The notes: generated by a model from the letters alone, not told the origin. Positions 17,348 through 39,464 are shown, counted from the first letter of the stretch. The stretch is DNA of 64,000 nucleotides from the human T2T-CHM13v2.0 reference genome, Homo sapiens (GCF_009914755.1 NC_060947.1), one strand, 5' to 3'. Made by a program: numbers and translations.

Positions 17348-17740
17348 TATCTTAGTCCATTTTGCATTGCTATACCTAAGACTGGGTAATTTATAAAGAA
17401 AAGAGGTTCTGCAGAGTGTACAAGAAGCATGGTGCTGGAATCTGCTTCTGGTAAGGACCTCAGGAAACTTTCAATCATGGCAGAAGGCAAAGGGGGAGCA
17501 AATGTGTCACATGACGAGAGAGGGAGGAAGAAGGTGAGGGGGTGTCAGGCTCTTTTAAACAACTAGCTTCCACGTGAATTAATAGAGAGAGAACTGAATT
17601 ATTACCATGAGGATGACGCCAAGCCATTCCTGAGGGATCCACCTCCATGACTCAGACACTTCCCATTGGGTCCTAACTCCAACACTGGGGATCAAATTTC
17701 AACATGAGATTTGGAGAGGACAAAAAGCCAAACTGTATCA
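17348..17740 (-). mobile_element. MaLR solo LTR (MST family)
   Basis: tatcttagtcc...gggtaatttataaagaaaagagg...aatcatggcagaaggc...aaactgtatca; 5-bp TSD-like cccac/gccac. Confidence 0.85.
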
Positions 17741-18202
17741 GCCACCTTACCCCCTCCTCCCAGAAAACAGAAAAAGAGGCCAGTGCATGTCTAGGGGGAG
17801 AGGAATTGTTGGAGGATTATCAGAGCCTGGGGCCAGAGCACTTGCCTGACTCCCTCACATCAGCTCCCTTTTCTTGCTCCACAGACTGTCAAACTCACCT
17901 TCTTCCACTGTGCCTATTTCCTCCAGTTGTCAGAGCTCTAGAAGTTCTTTTGCCAGATGGCCTGGGATAGAGACCTGTGGGCTCTGCAAATGTCTGAAAG
18001 TCCTTTATAAGGGTGGATTTAATGGTTGAGACTGGACAAGGTTTTGGTCAAGGGTCTGGGCTTTGGATTCTCTTTTGCCTCTCTGGGATCCCTGGGGCCC
18101 ATGCTAAGGACCCATGACATGGCAACCAGGGTGCCTGACTTGGCCCAAAGATAACTGAGCCTTAGTCCTGAGTTCAAGCCTGTCTTTGTCTCCTTTATAT
18201 AG

Positions 18203-18315
18203 GCAGAAAATGATGTTCATGTTCTGCAAAGTGGACATTTTCCTCTACCAGGCCATCAACCATATTCATTGCAAGCAAGCTGATTTAGGCAGAGCTGCAG
18301 GCAGTCTGTATGTTG
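18203..18315 (+). pseudogene. MROH-like exon G
   Basis: tatag|G QKMMFMFCKVDIFLYQAINHIHCKQADLGRAAGSLYV; the donor expected from homology appears mutated (at instead of gt); an alternative gtatgt lies at 18308. Confidence 0.7.
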
Positions 18316-18962
18316 ATACACAGATTTCCTCTTCCACATCATCTCCACCTTTCAGTTCCTGACACCCACAAAGCTCCTTCCTCTATTTTTTTGGGCTGTT
18401 TACAAGTCTTGGAAGGTCTAATTCTCTCCAGCCTCTACCTAGAAGTGAAAATATAGGGATAGAAAAGTGGTTTAGGATTTTGGATAACTTAAGTTTCATC
18501 CTTCCCAATTCTGCCACCTGATGCAAATCTCTTTGCTGCTCTGGCCTCAGTTTCCTCCAGCTATAAAATGGATTCATTGTAAGTTGCCCTGCCCACTTCC
18601 CAGGGCAGTTGGAGAACAGTCTTTGAAGGTTGGGTATTGACATGTCTGCATGCAAAATAAGCTAGATGACATGTAGACCTGGTTTCCTAGAGAAATTAGA
18701 TTGTGGGTATCAGAGCACTGAACAATGTATCTGGAAGGTGAACATCCTTGCAGAACAATATGCAAATGATTTCTCTGGTCTTGAGCTTGAGAGCACAGTT
18801 AATTTTTGAAATATTCTATATAGCCCTGCTCATAGCACATTGCCTCTTTAGGGAAATTCCTAGTTCTAACCTGAAACTCCTTCTCAATTTGTTACCACAT
18901 TCTTCTAGGGTTTTGAGCCTGGCTCTGGTTGCTCAAGCAACATTTGGGAACCTCTGACTTGA

Positions 18963-22880
<3,918 letters not shown>

Positions 22881-24544
22881 TAGACAGACAGAGAGAGAGA
22901 GAGAGAGAGAGAAAGAGGGAGCTCTCCACATCCTGCCAACTTCACAGAGCTATGGGGGTGCTAATTAGATGGCCATCCAGGTGGTAACCTATTATGGCCA
23001 GATTGCCCTGGCATTCTAATTGTTAGATGTTGAAAAGTAGCTGAAGTATATGGAATACTCCATGGATGTAAAGAGGTTAGATAACAAGTATTAGAATCAT
23101 CCGAGCTCCAGAATCAGCATCCCTTTGGGGTGAGGGGACAACTCCAGGAGACAATGGCATTGTATGCTCCAGGTCTGAAGAGGGGAATGGATGGAAGAGA
23201 AACTTGTGGTCTGAGCCCTTCATGTATGGAAAGTTGTCTTGCTTTACTCCTAGGAGTTCCAAGCCAACCAGGAAATTGATTTCTAAGATCACTTCATTTA
23301 AACATCATTGGGCTGCATAAATTCCATCTCAGCCCACAAAATATGCTTTGACCCCTGCCTAAGCTCCTATTACCCCCACTGGTCTCCATTTTCCCTTCAC
23401 TTATTATCCTTTCCTCCCCTCACCCAATTTTCTAAGCACCACAACCAGCCTGCCAGCAGCCAGCTCACTCAGGGCCTCATCCTTTGGACAAATTCCTAGA
23501 ACTCACGGCCCAGATGGGAGAATAATGAAGATTCATTTACCCCAGGACTCTTGCTTGATTTGTTGTTGAGCCTCTGCCTGATTTTCAGTCATCAGCCCCC
23601 AATTTTATTCCCAGAGCCAGCAAGGGCCAAGCCTCATTTTCCTGGGGGCCCAAATCCTCCCCCATTTTCCTTCCATCCAGGCTTCAAGCCAGAGGCCAAA
23701 CGGGGGTCAAGGATGACGGCTCATTGGCAGGGCCAAGCAGGTGGCCCTGCCCTAGGTTCAGCCCTAGGGAGCTTCTTGTTTTCTCCTGAACTTCCAAGAA
23801 TCTCCATTCCCAGATGAGGCATGCTGTCAGATCTTGGCATATGACACCAAATATGTCCCCCTTTCCCTCTTCTGCCTGAGTCTAAATGTCCCTTTTCCTT
23901 TGACCTACAATGTAGAAGATTCTTGCTAAGAGCTGGATGAGGAAGGCTTCATGGGGTGGGGCGGGGCGGGGGGTGGTGGGTCGCATCAACTAGAGTGCAA
24001 TTCTATGTGCGAAGAGGGAAAAGCCCAGCTTCCGAACCTCCAAGATAGCTTGTTTAAAATTTCTATTGAAAGAATCTAGGGGTATTTACCTCTCAGCTCT
24101 GGACGCTGAGTTTTCAGACCTGCATATTTTGGGTAGAAGGGCCTGTGTCAGGCTGTGAAGCCAGTTCCTGGCAGGCCAAATGTGGCAAAGAACCATTCAG
24201 TAAAGCAGCCAGCCCAGCAACACAGGCCCAGGAGGCAGCTTCGGAGCTGGTTCAGCTACAGAAGGTCTGAGACGCCTCTTCCAAGCCCCTTTAGGAAGCC
24301 TGACTCTCTGGCTTTCAAGCTGCCTGCTGTCCCCAATCCCTCTCTTTCTGGTGCAGACACTGAAGAAAACGGTTGTCTCTTGTTTCCTGCCTGGAGCAGC
24401 TGGGGCTACTTGAATATTCTGCGGGATATTCCTGGAAGGTGACCTCCCTGTATCCTCCTCTTTCGGAGACAAAGGCAAAGCAGGATGTGGTTGGGAATTA
24501 CACTTTTAAGGAACAGGACCATTAGGTGACGCTAAGCCTCTTAG

Positions 24545-24558
24545 CCACTATGTGGCGC
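24545..24558 (+). promoter_or_regulatory. Candidate CTCF motif
   Basis: CCACTATGTGGCGC, one mismatch to CCASYAGRKGGCRS; overlaps a YY1-like CGCCATTT. Motif match only. Confidence 0.4.
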
Positions 24559-25842
24559 CATTTACCCATTTTTCTGTGCAAGGTTAGTGGGCGGTGGCTA
24601 CACGCAAAGCAAACCAAATATCAAAACTCGAAAACTTTTCAGGGATCTAGTTCTGACTAGGCTCCTAATATGTTGAGGGTACTTGGGCAAATCTCTTGAC
24701 CTCTAGGCGCCTCAGTTCCTCATTTTGTGAAATAGGAGACAGATGGTGGGGGGGTCCCTGAAATCCCTTCCAGCTTCATAATTTTGCAACTATGTGAGTG
24801 AATTCCCAATGAACATCCAAGCGATGCAATTTTGGGCCTTTGGGTCACACACAGGGTGGGTAAAAAAAAAAAAATAAAAGCGCACAAGGGCCAAGGCATG
24901 GGTTTGGGGGTGAGGGTGAGAAGGGGGTGGTCATGGAAGCAGGGATCCTCTACAACACATGGGCCAGGATTTTTCTTGAGCTTTCCATGGCGCTAGGGAA
25001 AAGATAAGGAGCCATTCATTTGCTTAGTAAACATTGATCACAAACTAGATGCCAGGCACTGTGTGATAGAGGCAAGGCTGCGGTGGTGGGTGGGAGAGAA
25101 GTGAATGGTGGGTGGGACACCAAGATGAGTAAACCTCAAAGTGTTTACCAGCCAGTGGGGAATAGATGAGTAAACAAATAACCAGTGCACAAGGAAGAAT
25201 GGAGTCTGTGCTAAATAGAACTATAAACTGCTGGAGGTGACAGGGAGGAAGGAGGGATATATTCTGACCAGATAAGAAAGGTCTCACAGAGGAGGAGCCA
25301 TTTTAACTGGGCTTTGAAAGATGAACAGATGTCTGTGTGTGGTGGGGGAGGGGTTTGGAGAAAGGGAGAGCAGGAGGGGGAGGGAAAGGCAGGCATTCTG
25401 GGCAGAAGGAATGGCTTAAGGAAAAATGAGGGATGGGTACATTATGCTGTTTTGGCGGAATAGGGAGTAGTCTGAGGTGGCAGGAGAGACGGAGTGGGAA
25501 AAGAGTTCACAAAAATGGTTTGGGGCCAGATTCTGGATTTACAGAGACTTTTCACCTGGTCAGATAAGGTACAGAGCGTATGGGACAGGCTCCCAAGATA
25601 TGGACAGAGTTCTAGCCCTCCCGTATGGAGAGGGCAAGACCCAGTACTTCATACGTATACAAGGCCACCAAGGGACAGTTAAGGTGAACAAGGCAGGCAA
25701 GCCTGACTGAAAGTATGGTAGATTAAAGGGGAAGGGAGCCTGAGAGGGCATTCTGAAGGAGGGCAGTCTTCCAACAGCGAGTATTCCACTCTCCTCTGTC
25801 CTAAAACCTACATAGTAGAAGCTTTTAAAAATTATTTAACTT

Positions 25843-28986
<3,144 letters not shown>

Positions 28987-30539
28987 ATTTTAATTTTTAT
29001 TTTTGCAATTGCTTTTGGCATCTTGGTAGAAGCTTTAAAGATCTGACCTATGAGGAACAAGAAGAGGTCCTGCTTCAAGGATGGAAGAGTCATTCCAGGA
29101 AACCTGGCAAACTGCCTCTGCTGTGGCTGCATTTGCAGGACTAGTCACCAGTTTGTTTCCAGTTAGACCTCACCAGCCCGCGGCAAATAGGAAAAGGCTG
29201 AGGCATTATGGGAGCTGGCATCAATCTAGTTAGGATAATAAAGCAGGTGGGATTTAGGTCAGTCTTAAGGAAAGCAGAAGACTGTATTCTGAAGAGTGAG
29301 AGATCTGGTAACCGTAAGAGGTTATAACTTGTGTTTGTTCAATAGCCGATGAGTGCCCACTCAATGCCAGGAGCATGGCCGGAGGGAGGAGTATGAAAAG
29401 TACTCTAGGAAAAAAAAAAAACAAAGCAGGTTATGAGAATGCAGAGGACAGGACCCTGTCTTGGAGGAAAGGCATCAAGGAAGGCTCCCACAAAGTGGTG
29501 AGACATTAGAGATGGATATGGAAGAAGTAGTTGATATACAGTTGGAGGGGATAGAGCAGTGTCCCGAAGAAAAGCACCATGCATGAAAGAGACTGGCAGG
29601 TTTAGGGAAGCAAGAAGCAAATGAGCTGGAGTGGTTGAGGAGAAGCACAGGTAAGGGGAAGGGAAAGGGGGCGGGCAGAGAAAGGGAGCTGATGCTTCTA
29701 CCCTCCCCACTCTGAAAATCTCCAAGTGCCCAAGTTCTTATTTGCCATTTTTTGTTAAGAATCCAGCTCCGTAGAGCTGAACTCAGGGGTCCCTGTATAC
29801 CTTTGTGTTTGTCACCACTCCCCTCCGCTCTCATTCTAGCCATGAAGTCCACTGAGGAAACCACCCGCTGCACCAGCCTTACAGCAAGTCAGTAATGAAG
29901 AGGGAAGAGGAGCCAGGAGCCTGCTCGCATGTCTTGAAACTCTCAATTCAGCTCAGCCCTGGCTCTGAGGGAGGAACGGGCTGAAAAGGAAGAGTTAGGG
30001 AGGTTGTTGGATTGTGGTAGGAATTTTTATTCCTCATAGAAATTTCTGGTCTGGTGAAGGGAGAGAGGCATGGAGACTGGGCCAAGGGGTGGGGGCTACC
30101 TTGGAATTTAGATTCATCTGGGTGATCCATTAGCAAACTCTCATTAGCAAAATAGGAGACTGGCCCAATCCTCAGGGATGGGTCCTGGAGGCAGGAGTCG
30201 GGGAAGGGTGGAAGGAGGGGCTATGGCTTGTCTCAAAGGGGCTGGGGTATCTGCCAGTTCTGGCACAGGCCACAGGCAAGCAGGATTCTCTCTTGTTCCT
30301 CTGCCCCTCCCCTTCTCCAATCTCTATCCCCTGCCTTGGCATGAGGGCCTCTAGAGAAAAGAAAATAAAAATGAGTGGGCAGAAACAGCTGGATACAGTC
30401 AGGAACACATCTGGCCTCCCGGACTGTCTCCTGGTCCTTGTTTTGCTTCTCCCCCCATGCCCCTTCCTCCTCTGCAGGCTTCTGATAGGAGGACTGTAGC
30501 ATAGCTGGGGGAAGGGTGGGGAATTAGAGTGGGGCTGGG

Positions 30540-30900
30540 TGATGGGGGAGAAAGTTGTTCTAAATATTAACTGGTCTTGTGAGATGTCTTCTTGGCTGGA
30601 GCCTGACCACCTAACTTACTGTTTTTCCTCCAACTGCTGCCTCCTCCTTTCCCTCTGCTGCAGGCTGGAACTAAGGGCGGCGGGTGGCGGCGGGAGGAGG
30701 AAGGAGGAGAAGCAAAGTTGGCCAGGGTCCTGCTGGCTGGGGGCCAGGACTGCCTCCCTAAACAAGCAGGCGGGGGCACATATAGCCCTGGGTTGAGTTG
30801 TTGCCCTTACTCATCTGGCCACAGCAGGAAGAAGAGGCGCCCGGAAAACCTTAGCTCTTGGCTATCTCTTCCCTGAGCACACCCTGGCCCTGGGGCCTGA
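30540..30900 (+). promoter_or_regulatory. GC-rich promoter-like region upstream of the Kv3-like gene
   Basis: Local CpG cluster and GC boxes (gggcggcgggtggcggcggg near 30674), TAAACA, and catatag near 30779, in repeat-free DNA followed by a gtgagt donor at 31045. Confidence 0.55.
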
Positions 30901-31029
30901 GATCTCTCCATGCAGGGGCAGCCATGAGCTCCGGGGGCAGCAGCAAGGCTGGCCACACCACCCATCAGCCACCTCCAGCCCCGCCGCTCAACCAGCCATC
31001 AGTCCCTTAACTGCCAGTGTTCGTGGACC

Positions 31030-31044
31030 ATGCAAAACAACCAA
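31030..31044 (+). pseudogene. Putative first coding segment MQNNQ at the end of exon 1
   Basis: gaccATG CAA AAC AAC CAA|gtgagt; phase-0 join to the next exon. No homology support. Confidence 0.4.
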
Positions 31045-31317
31045 GTGAGTGAACAGGGGCTGGCTGAGGGTTGGGAGAGGTTCCTGGACAGGAAGTGCCA
31101 GCCTGTGCCCTCTTTTTTTGCCCTCAGGGACAAACATGGGAGGTTTAGGCAAACTCTTCTCAGGGGGTAGGGGACACTGAAATGTTGATCAGTGTAGGTG
31201 TTTTGACCCCCACCCCCCAACCATTTGCTTTTCTGTGTTCCTCTTGCCCTCTCTCCCTCTCTCTCTCTCTCTCCTCTCCCAACTCCCCACTCTGTTCTTA
31301 TTCCTTTCTATTCCCAG

Positions 31318-31500
31318 GCAAGGGACTCATTAAGCCCAAAGCAATTTTAGGGTGCCCAGTGGAGAGACTCACAGAGGCTGCTAGTGCCGATGCTGCTGGT
31401 GCTGCTGCTGAGGAGTGCCCAGGACCAGGTGCCAGGGGAGTTGGAGTCAATAACCACCACTGTCAGATCTACTGACCCCCAAGCCAGTTTCTCCAGTCAG
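31318..31500 (+). pseudogene. Putative exon 2 (N-terminal extension) of the Kv3-like gene
   Basis: Long pyrimidine tract, cccag acceptor, cag|gtacct donor; 183 nt (61 codons), one TAG in frame 0; keeps frame into the T1 exon. Confidence 0.5.
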
Positions 31501-32080
31501 GTACCTCCTACTCCCTGTGGAGGCCTGGGGATCTCTAAGGCCCTACAGCTTCCCTGTCACTCCCATTTTCACTCCACTCTCTATCCCCTGCACTTAGCCT
31601 CCCTTGGTGGCTCTTCCATTTACTTCTTTCCCCACCCCACCCCACCCCAGTCCCAAGTTTTCAAAGTGATGACAGAAGATTAAGAGACACCCCATTCCTA
31701 TCTTGGCCATTTAGTCTGCAGTTGCCTGTCTGTAACTTTCCCTGCTGTATACCGTGGCACAACTATTCTCTCAGAGCCACCAGGTGCCTCCCAAGAGCCC
31801 CTGAAAGACATCTGTTTCTAGGCTAGGCTGGTTTTTCTCCTGGAATCGCTGGGCCCAGGAGAGACTGGCCAGTCACCGTGACCACACTTGAGAGCTCACT
31901 GTCCTCCTGATTCCTGAAGACCGAGGAGGAAAAGGCACTCCAGCTCCCTGCCTGGGTGCCTTGGCTGTCACATCACTTCTGTGGATCTCAGCCCCCTTTC
32001 TGCCCTGGCCAAACCTGGGAAGGGAGAGGAAGGCAGGAGGGTCATGTCCTAACCCCTGTCATCCCTCCTCTTGCCAGTAG

Positions 32081-32887
<807 letters not shown>

Positions 32888-33115
32888 GTAACTCATTAAC
32901 AGTGTGTGGCACCATGCTAGACACTCCTACCCCCGAAGGACGCTCCCAAAATGCCACAATGGCTACACACTTGGCATGGTGCTTGGGACTCGAATCTATA
33001 GACTTCCGGCACAATTTGAGGGCATCCCTCAAAAAGGGAAGCCAAGGATGGAAGTATAGTTAGAGAGGTGGGGATGCTGGCAGATGGGATTTCTGACAAG
33101 CATCTTTTTCTCTAG

Positions 33116-33944
33116 TGCCTTTCCCTGTTCTCCACACTGTTTGCCATGTGTACCCTGGGCATCTTCTTCCAGCAGACGGAAGTCCAGCTGGATTACTTCT
33201 CTGGCAACTTCACTACTATGGAACATGGGATGGGGGGTGGGGGAAAACCAGCAGCAGCAGTAGCAGCAGAACAACGGTTTTGTTTACCACTGTGCCCCAC
33301 ATCTGCTATACCTGGAGCTGCTCTGTCCCCTTTGGTTTGGAACTGACCTCTTTGCCTGGACCATTTCCTGCCCGAATAAGGTGTGCTTCCTGTGTAGCCC
33401 TCTCAATCTAGCTGATATCTTCTGTTTGTTGCCTGCATTGGTGGAATTGGTAGTAGGTGACAAGGCTGTATGGCAACTCTATCTTAGCCTAATCCTTGGG
33501 GCCATTCATTCTCTCTATGTCCTCAAGCTGGTTCGTCTCCTGGGCTTCCTTAAAAAGTCCTTGGCCATGAGAGTCCTTGTTCATACACTCCATTCTTCCT
33601 GGAAAGAGGTGTGTGCCTTTCTCCTGATTTGGGTGGCTGATATCTTATCCTTTGGCTTGCTCTTCCTCTATGGGGAGCTCTTAGGCATGTGTATCTCAGG
33701 TCAAAGTGAGCCCCACTTGGGAGACATCTTTACATGTCTCTGGTGGACTGTCATAACTCTCACCACTGTCGGCTAGGGAGATGTCTATCCCCTGTCTGCT
33801 CTGGGCCAGCTCACTGCTGCTGTCACAGCCACTGCAGGCATGTGCACTGGTATCTTGTTGGTTCCTGTGCTCCTGGTCCACTTCCAGTGCTATTATGCTG
33901 TGGCCCTGGCTCGCCAGAAACTAAGGCCCAGTAGGACCCTGTAA
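33116..33944 (+). pseudogene. Kv3-like transmembrane exon (S1-S6, pore)
   Basis: ttctctag| S1 CLSLFSTLFAMCTLGIFFQQTE; S2 LLYLELLCPLWFGTDLFAWTISCPNK; S3 PLNLADIFCLLP; S4 LGAIHSLYVLKLVRLLG; MRVLVHTL; S5; pore TTVG*GD (TAG 33774-33776); S6 ILLVPVLL; terminal TAA 33942-33944. Confidence 0.93.
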
Positions 33945-34601
33945 ATAGGCCTATTGATCCAGAGGGATGGACCCCACTTTCCCTTCTTTCCTTTTGCCAG
34001 TTTCTGGTTACAGATAAGAAGGAGCCCCAGATCATGGCAATTCCTGCTAGTCAGGATCAGCTAACCATTACCTGCAGGTCATACTTTTCCCTATTATCAA
34101 GGGAACACCCTGAAGGAAGGGGCCTGGGGCAAGGCTAGCTAGGCTTCAGCTTTCCCTTGCCCTACCCCAGGCCTTTTTCTTAACCCCGGAGTGACCAGAA
34201 AGGATAGAAAGTAGTTCTTTCTGGATTAGTGTTATATCTCCCTCTCAACTAGTTCTCCCCTTCCATCCCCTCATCCCTGCCCCTGCCATCTAGACTAGGG
34301 TCCAGATGAGAGACTTCTGAGTGATGGTAGCCATAGGATTATCAACATCCATTGCCTATGAGTATTAATGGTGATTGTCTGTGGGTATTGATAGTTAATT
34401 GTCTGTGAGTACCTGACAGCAACGGGTTATGGCTATTGATGACAATTGGTACCTTCAGTGCCCAAGCATAGCCAGATTGTAGCATTGCTCCCCGTACTGC
34501 TCCTGGGACAAATGCTCCTTAGAGCTGTAAGAAGGCCTTTGAAGGTCCTCAGAGACTCCAAGCAGATGCGGGTCAGTCAGGTCTGAACCAAAGTACTCTA
34601 A

Positions 34602-36361
<1,760 letters not shown>

Positions 36362-37974
36362 TGATTGGGAGAGAAAAACTTTTTGTTTGTGTTGGGACCA
36401 GGTTGAGGAAGGGAAGGAGACAGGTCTAGGAGTTGCTGGTGGAAACTGTGGGTACTTATCAGGTGGGAGGTTGTAGGCAGAGAGGTTTCCGTTTAAGGAA
36501 CACTGAGAGAGGATCAGAATTATGGCAAAACATCAAAGACAATCTCGACCTTCTCATTGCCTAGAAGTGAAAGGTGTTGGAGCAATTTGCAGCTTTCAGA
36601 GACCATTCTAGTCCACCGCCCTTAATTTAGAGTTGGGAAAAAATGAAGTTTAGAGAAGCGGGGGAATTTCCCTAAGGGCACAAAGGCAAGTAGTGGCAGA
36701 ACTGGGAGTTCTGTCACCTCAGAGCAATACTGTATCAATCTTTGTCAACTCATTAGCATCAGAGGTGGGTTGTTAGAATTTCCAAATAAAAGTAGAGAAG
36801 ACTGTACCCTGTTCTAGGCAGCAGCAATGGTGGTAGTGGCATGAGGGGATGGTGGTGGGATGAAGTGGTGGGGGTGGGACTAGGATGTAATGGAAAGCCT
36901 TGGAAGCTTGAATGAGTAGGCTTGGATATTAGGGTTGAAAGGACCTTTGGGAATTGGTGGCCCCTACTTGGGTAGGGGCAGAGAAGCATAGAATACCACA
37001 GAACATTATAAAAATAACCAGATAGAATGTCAGGGCTGGGAGAAACCTGGAACCTCATCAAGTCCAGCTCACTCCTGTTTCAGGTGGGGAAACTGAGATC
37101 CAGAGAGAGGCTGAAAACTTGACCTGGTTTCTACAGTGAATCAGGAGAGAAGTAGGGCTGCAACCATCCCTGTCACACAACAAGAAACACTGGCTGCCTT
37201 TGTTGTTTCCCTTGCATCTGAGTTGGATGATCAGACTTTTTAACCAAGAAAGAGAGATGAGGGAGGGGAGCCCAGTGTTTCATGGCCTGCCTAGAGCTAC
37301 TTATATAATTAAACATTATAGAATGACAGCATGAAAGCCTTAGTATGCACCTGTTTCTGTAACATAACCCTATATCTGAACCCACCCTACACCTCCAGCA
37401 TGTAATGCCCTGCAATACTGAGTCCAAGAAGCCCCTCAAATTTAGTGATACCTCAAGACTGAGACCACAAATCCTGTAGACAGTAGGGCCTTCCCTGAAT
37501 ACCAAGCACTCCCTAGTCTTTCTCATGATTAGGTTCTCACTCTCACACTAAGGTCACTCCTTTTTTCTGCCCAGGCATACATTTTATCTTCTCTGAGGAG
37601 GGAAGGGAGTAGATGGGGATGCTGAAAAGCACTTTAATTTGAGCAGTTCTTGCCATATCTTTGCCCCTCATGTGAAAACTTCTCAGCCATGGAACTAACT
37701 TGTTCCCATACCCACTCTCATAGCACAGTCACCCTCCACCCCCATTCATCCACACCCCTGACATTTACTCACTTCGCCCATGGCAGAGACCGTACTGGCC
37801 ATGCTCTCTGCACAGCCCTGGAAAGCCTCTTGTTTCTAGTCACTAGGAGAGAAGGTCCAGTCTCCCAGCACACACTTCTTATCTGGATGTCTCTCATTGT
37901 GAGGGACTGGGAGGTCTGTAGGCCTACCTCAGCCTGATTCTGGCCCTATCTAGTGAAGCACTCAGTGATCTCTT

Positions 37975-37990
37975 GCGCCCCCCTCTGGCC
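37975..37990 (-). promoter_or_regulatory. Candidate CTCF motif
   Basis: Minus strand GGCCAGAGGGGGGCGC resembles the CTCF core CCACCAGGGGGCGC. Motif match only. Confidence 0.45.
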
Positions 37991-39464
37991 TCAGTTCTTT
38001 AGCGGTTGCTACAGCAAGTGGTCTAGTTGGGCCTGCACTTCCAAGTCAGACCCATAGAGGGCAACCACTTGCCAGTTTATGAGAAATCACTCTGGGTGTG
38101 GCCTCTCCCTTTGTTCACTTCCTTTTCAGTGCTTGTAAAATTCTAGAACCACAGGCTGTCAGAATCAGAGGGTGTGTTTAGATAACTTATATTTGAATAT
38201 CCTCATGATAAAGATAGAGAAACAGGCCCAGAGAAGAGATGAGACCAGTCTAAACTCAGACAGTGATTCACTCTGTGGCAGTTAGGGCTAGAATCCACGT
38301 TTCCTGAATGCCAGTTCAGAACTTTTGAAACACACGGCCAAGCATCTAACCCAAATGCCTCATTTTATAGTTGTGAAAACTGAGGCCCCGGAAAGAAGTT
38401 GACTAAGGTTGTACAGTCGTTGTGATAGAGCTAGGACTCAAACCCAGGTCTTCTGAATCCCAGTCCAGATTCAGAAACATAATGTTAGGCATCTAGTTCA
38501 TCCTGTTGGTTTTTTTTTTTCTTTATAGATGAAAAGAGTTCAGAGAGGGAATCTAATTTACCTGAAGCCACAGAGTAAATTAGTGAAAATCAGAACCGGA
38601 GCCCAAGGCTGGCTGTAGAACTGGGACTGAATGGAAACTGGGGACTCTGACTTCTAGTCTCCAAGAAACCTCAATAACTTAGGGACCCCAGTGTCTTGGA
38701 ATTAAATAACAGAGGTAGGGATGCAGTCCTTGCTTAAGCTGACTATGAATGAATCCCCAGGAGGCTGGAATCTGGGGCATAGTGTGTACGTGTGTGTGTT
38801 TGGGAGGGAGGGAGTCTGCTCTGGTCCCCTCCAAAAAACTCTTAAGAAAAGACTCACCTCATTTCTCCCCTTTCAAGGCCTCTGGCTTTGAGAGTGAGAA
38901 GATGACTCACTCATTGCCCACAGTTGCCGCTGAGAACATAATTGCTAGCTGGGACATCACCACAGCATCCAGCCATCACATTTGCAGAGTAGTGTCTTGT
39001 TTTGTCAAAGCTCTTTCCTATTTTTCTTTTTCTTTTTTTTTTTTTATTTCAGCTTCCTCAAGCTCCAGGGAGCCAGATGAGGCAGATACCATTACCTCTT
39101 CTTTTATAAAGAAGAAACTCATTTATGGAGGGGTGGGGGGAATGAGGGGGGACCTGAACTGGTGTTGGACTGACTGAGACTAAATCCCCAGTCCTCTGAT
39201 TTCCAGCTTTCTGGAGTGTCTGCATAAATACCCAGAGTCCCAGAGGAGACAGCAGTGTCCCTCAAATGCCTGATGACAGCTCCCTCCCTCATTTATTAAT
39301 CACTGAGCTGGGGCCAGATACTGTACTGGGCTTTCATTGGAGACAAAGGTGACAGAAACCCTGCCTTTAAGTGTTCACAATCTGGATATTGATTAAGTCA
39401 CCACTCTGCCCATTTCAATCCTCAGCTTTCTCTTCTTCTACTAGAAAAATAACTCCAACAGTGC

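Larger units (their letters stand above)
12570..18315 (+). pseudogene. Unprocessed maestro/HEAT-like repeat (MROH-family, MROH5-like) pseudogene, at least 7 exons of the C-terminal half
   Basis: Seven exon-sized segments in collinear order, mostly with AG/GT boundaries. Their translations follow the MROH5 C-terminal region as recalled (SLL..WE....GV.LLARAMV..C.QI...; GL...VR..SL.GL.NI; Q.QL..LL..FF...V....SD...SFF.D; F..LV....Q.....PLL.HL.D; I.L.QA....H). Several stops and frameshifts. Confidence 0.8.

Noticed and set aside
30540-31044. Naming the exon as the first exon of a specific known human gene and fixing the locus
   Set aside because: No recognisable coding exons of a known gene in the window; any name would be a guess.
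33774-33776. Stop-codon read-through or editing rescuing the pore TAG
   Set aside because: Independent lesions (Alu, frameshift) already destroy the frame, and A-to-I editing would give Trp, not Tyr.
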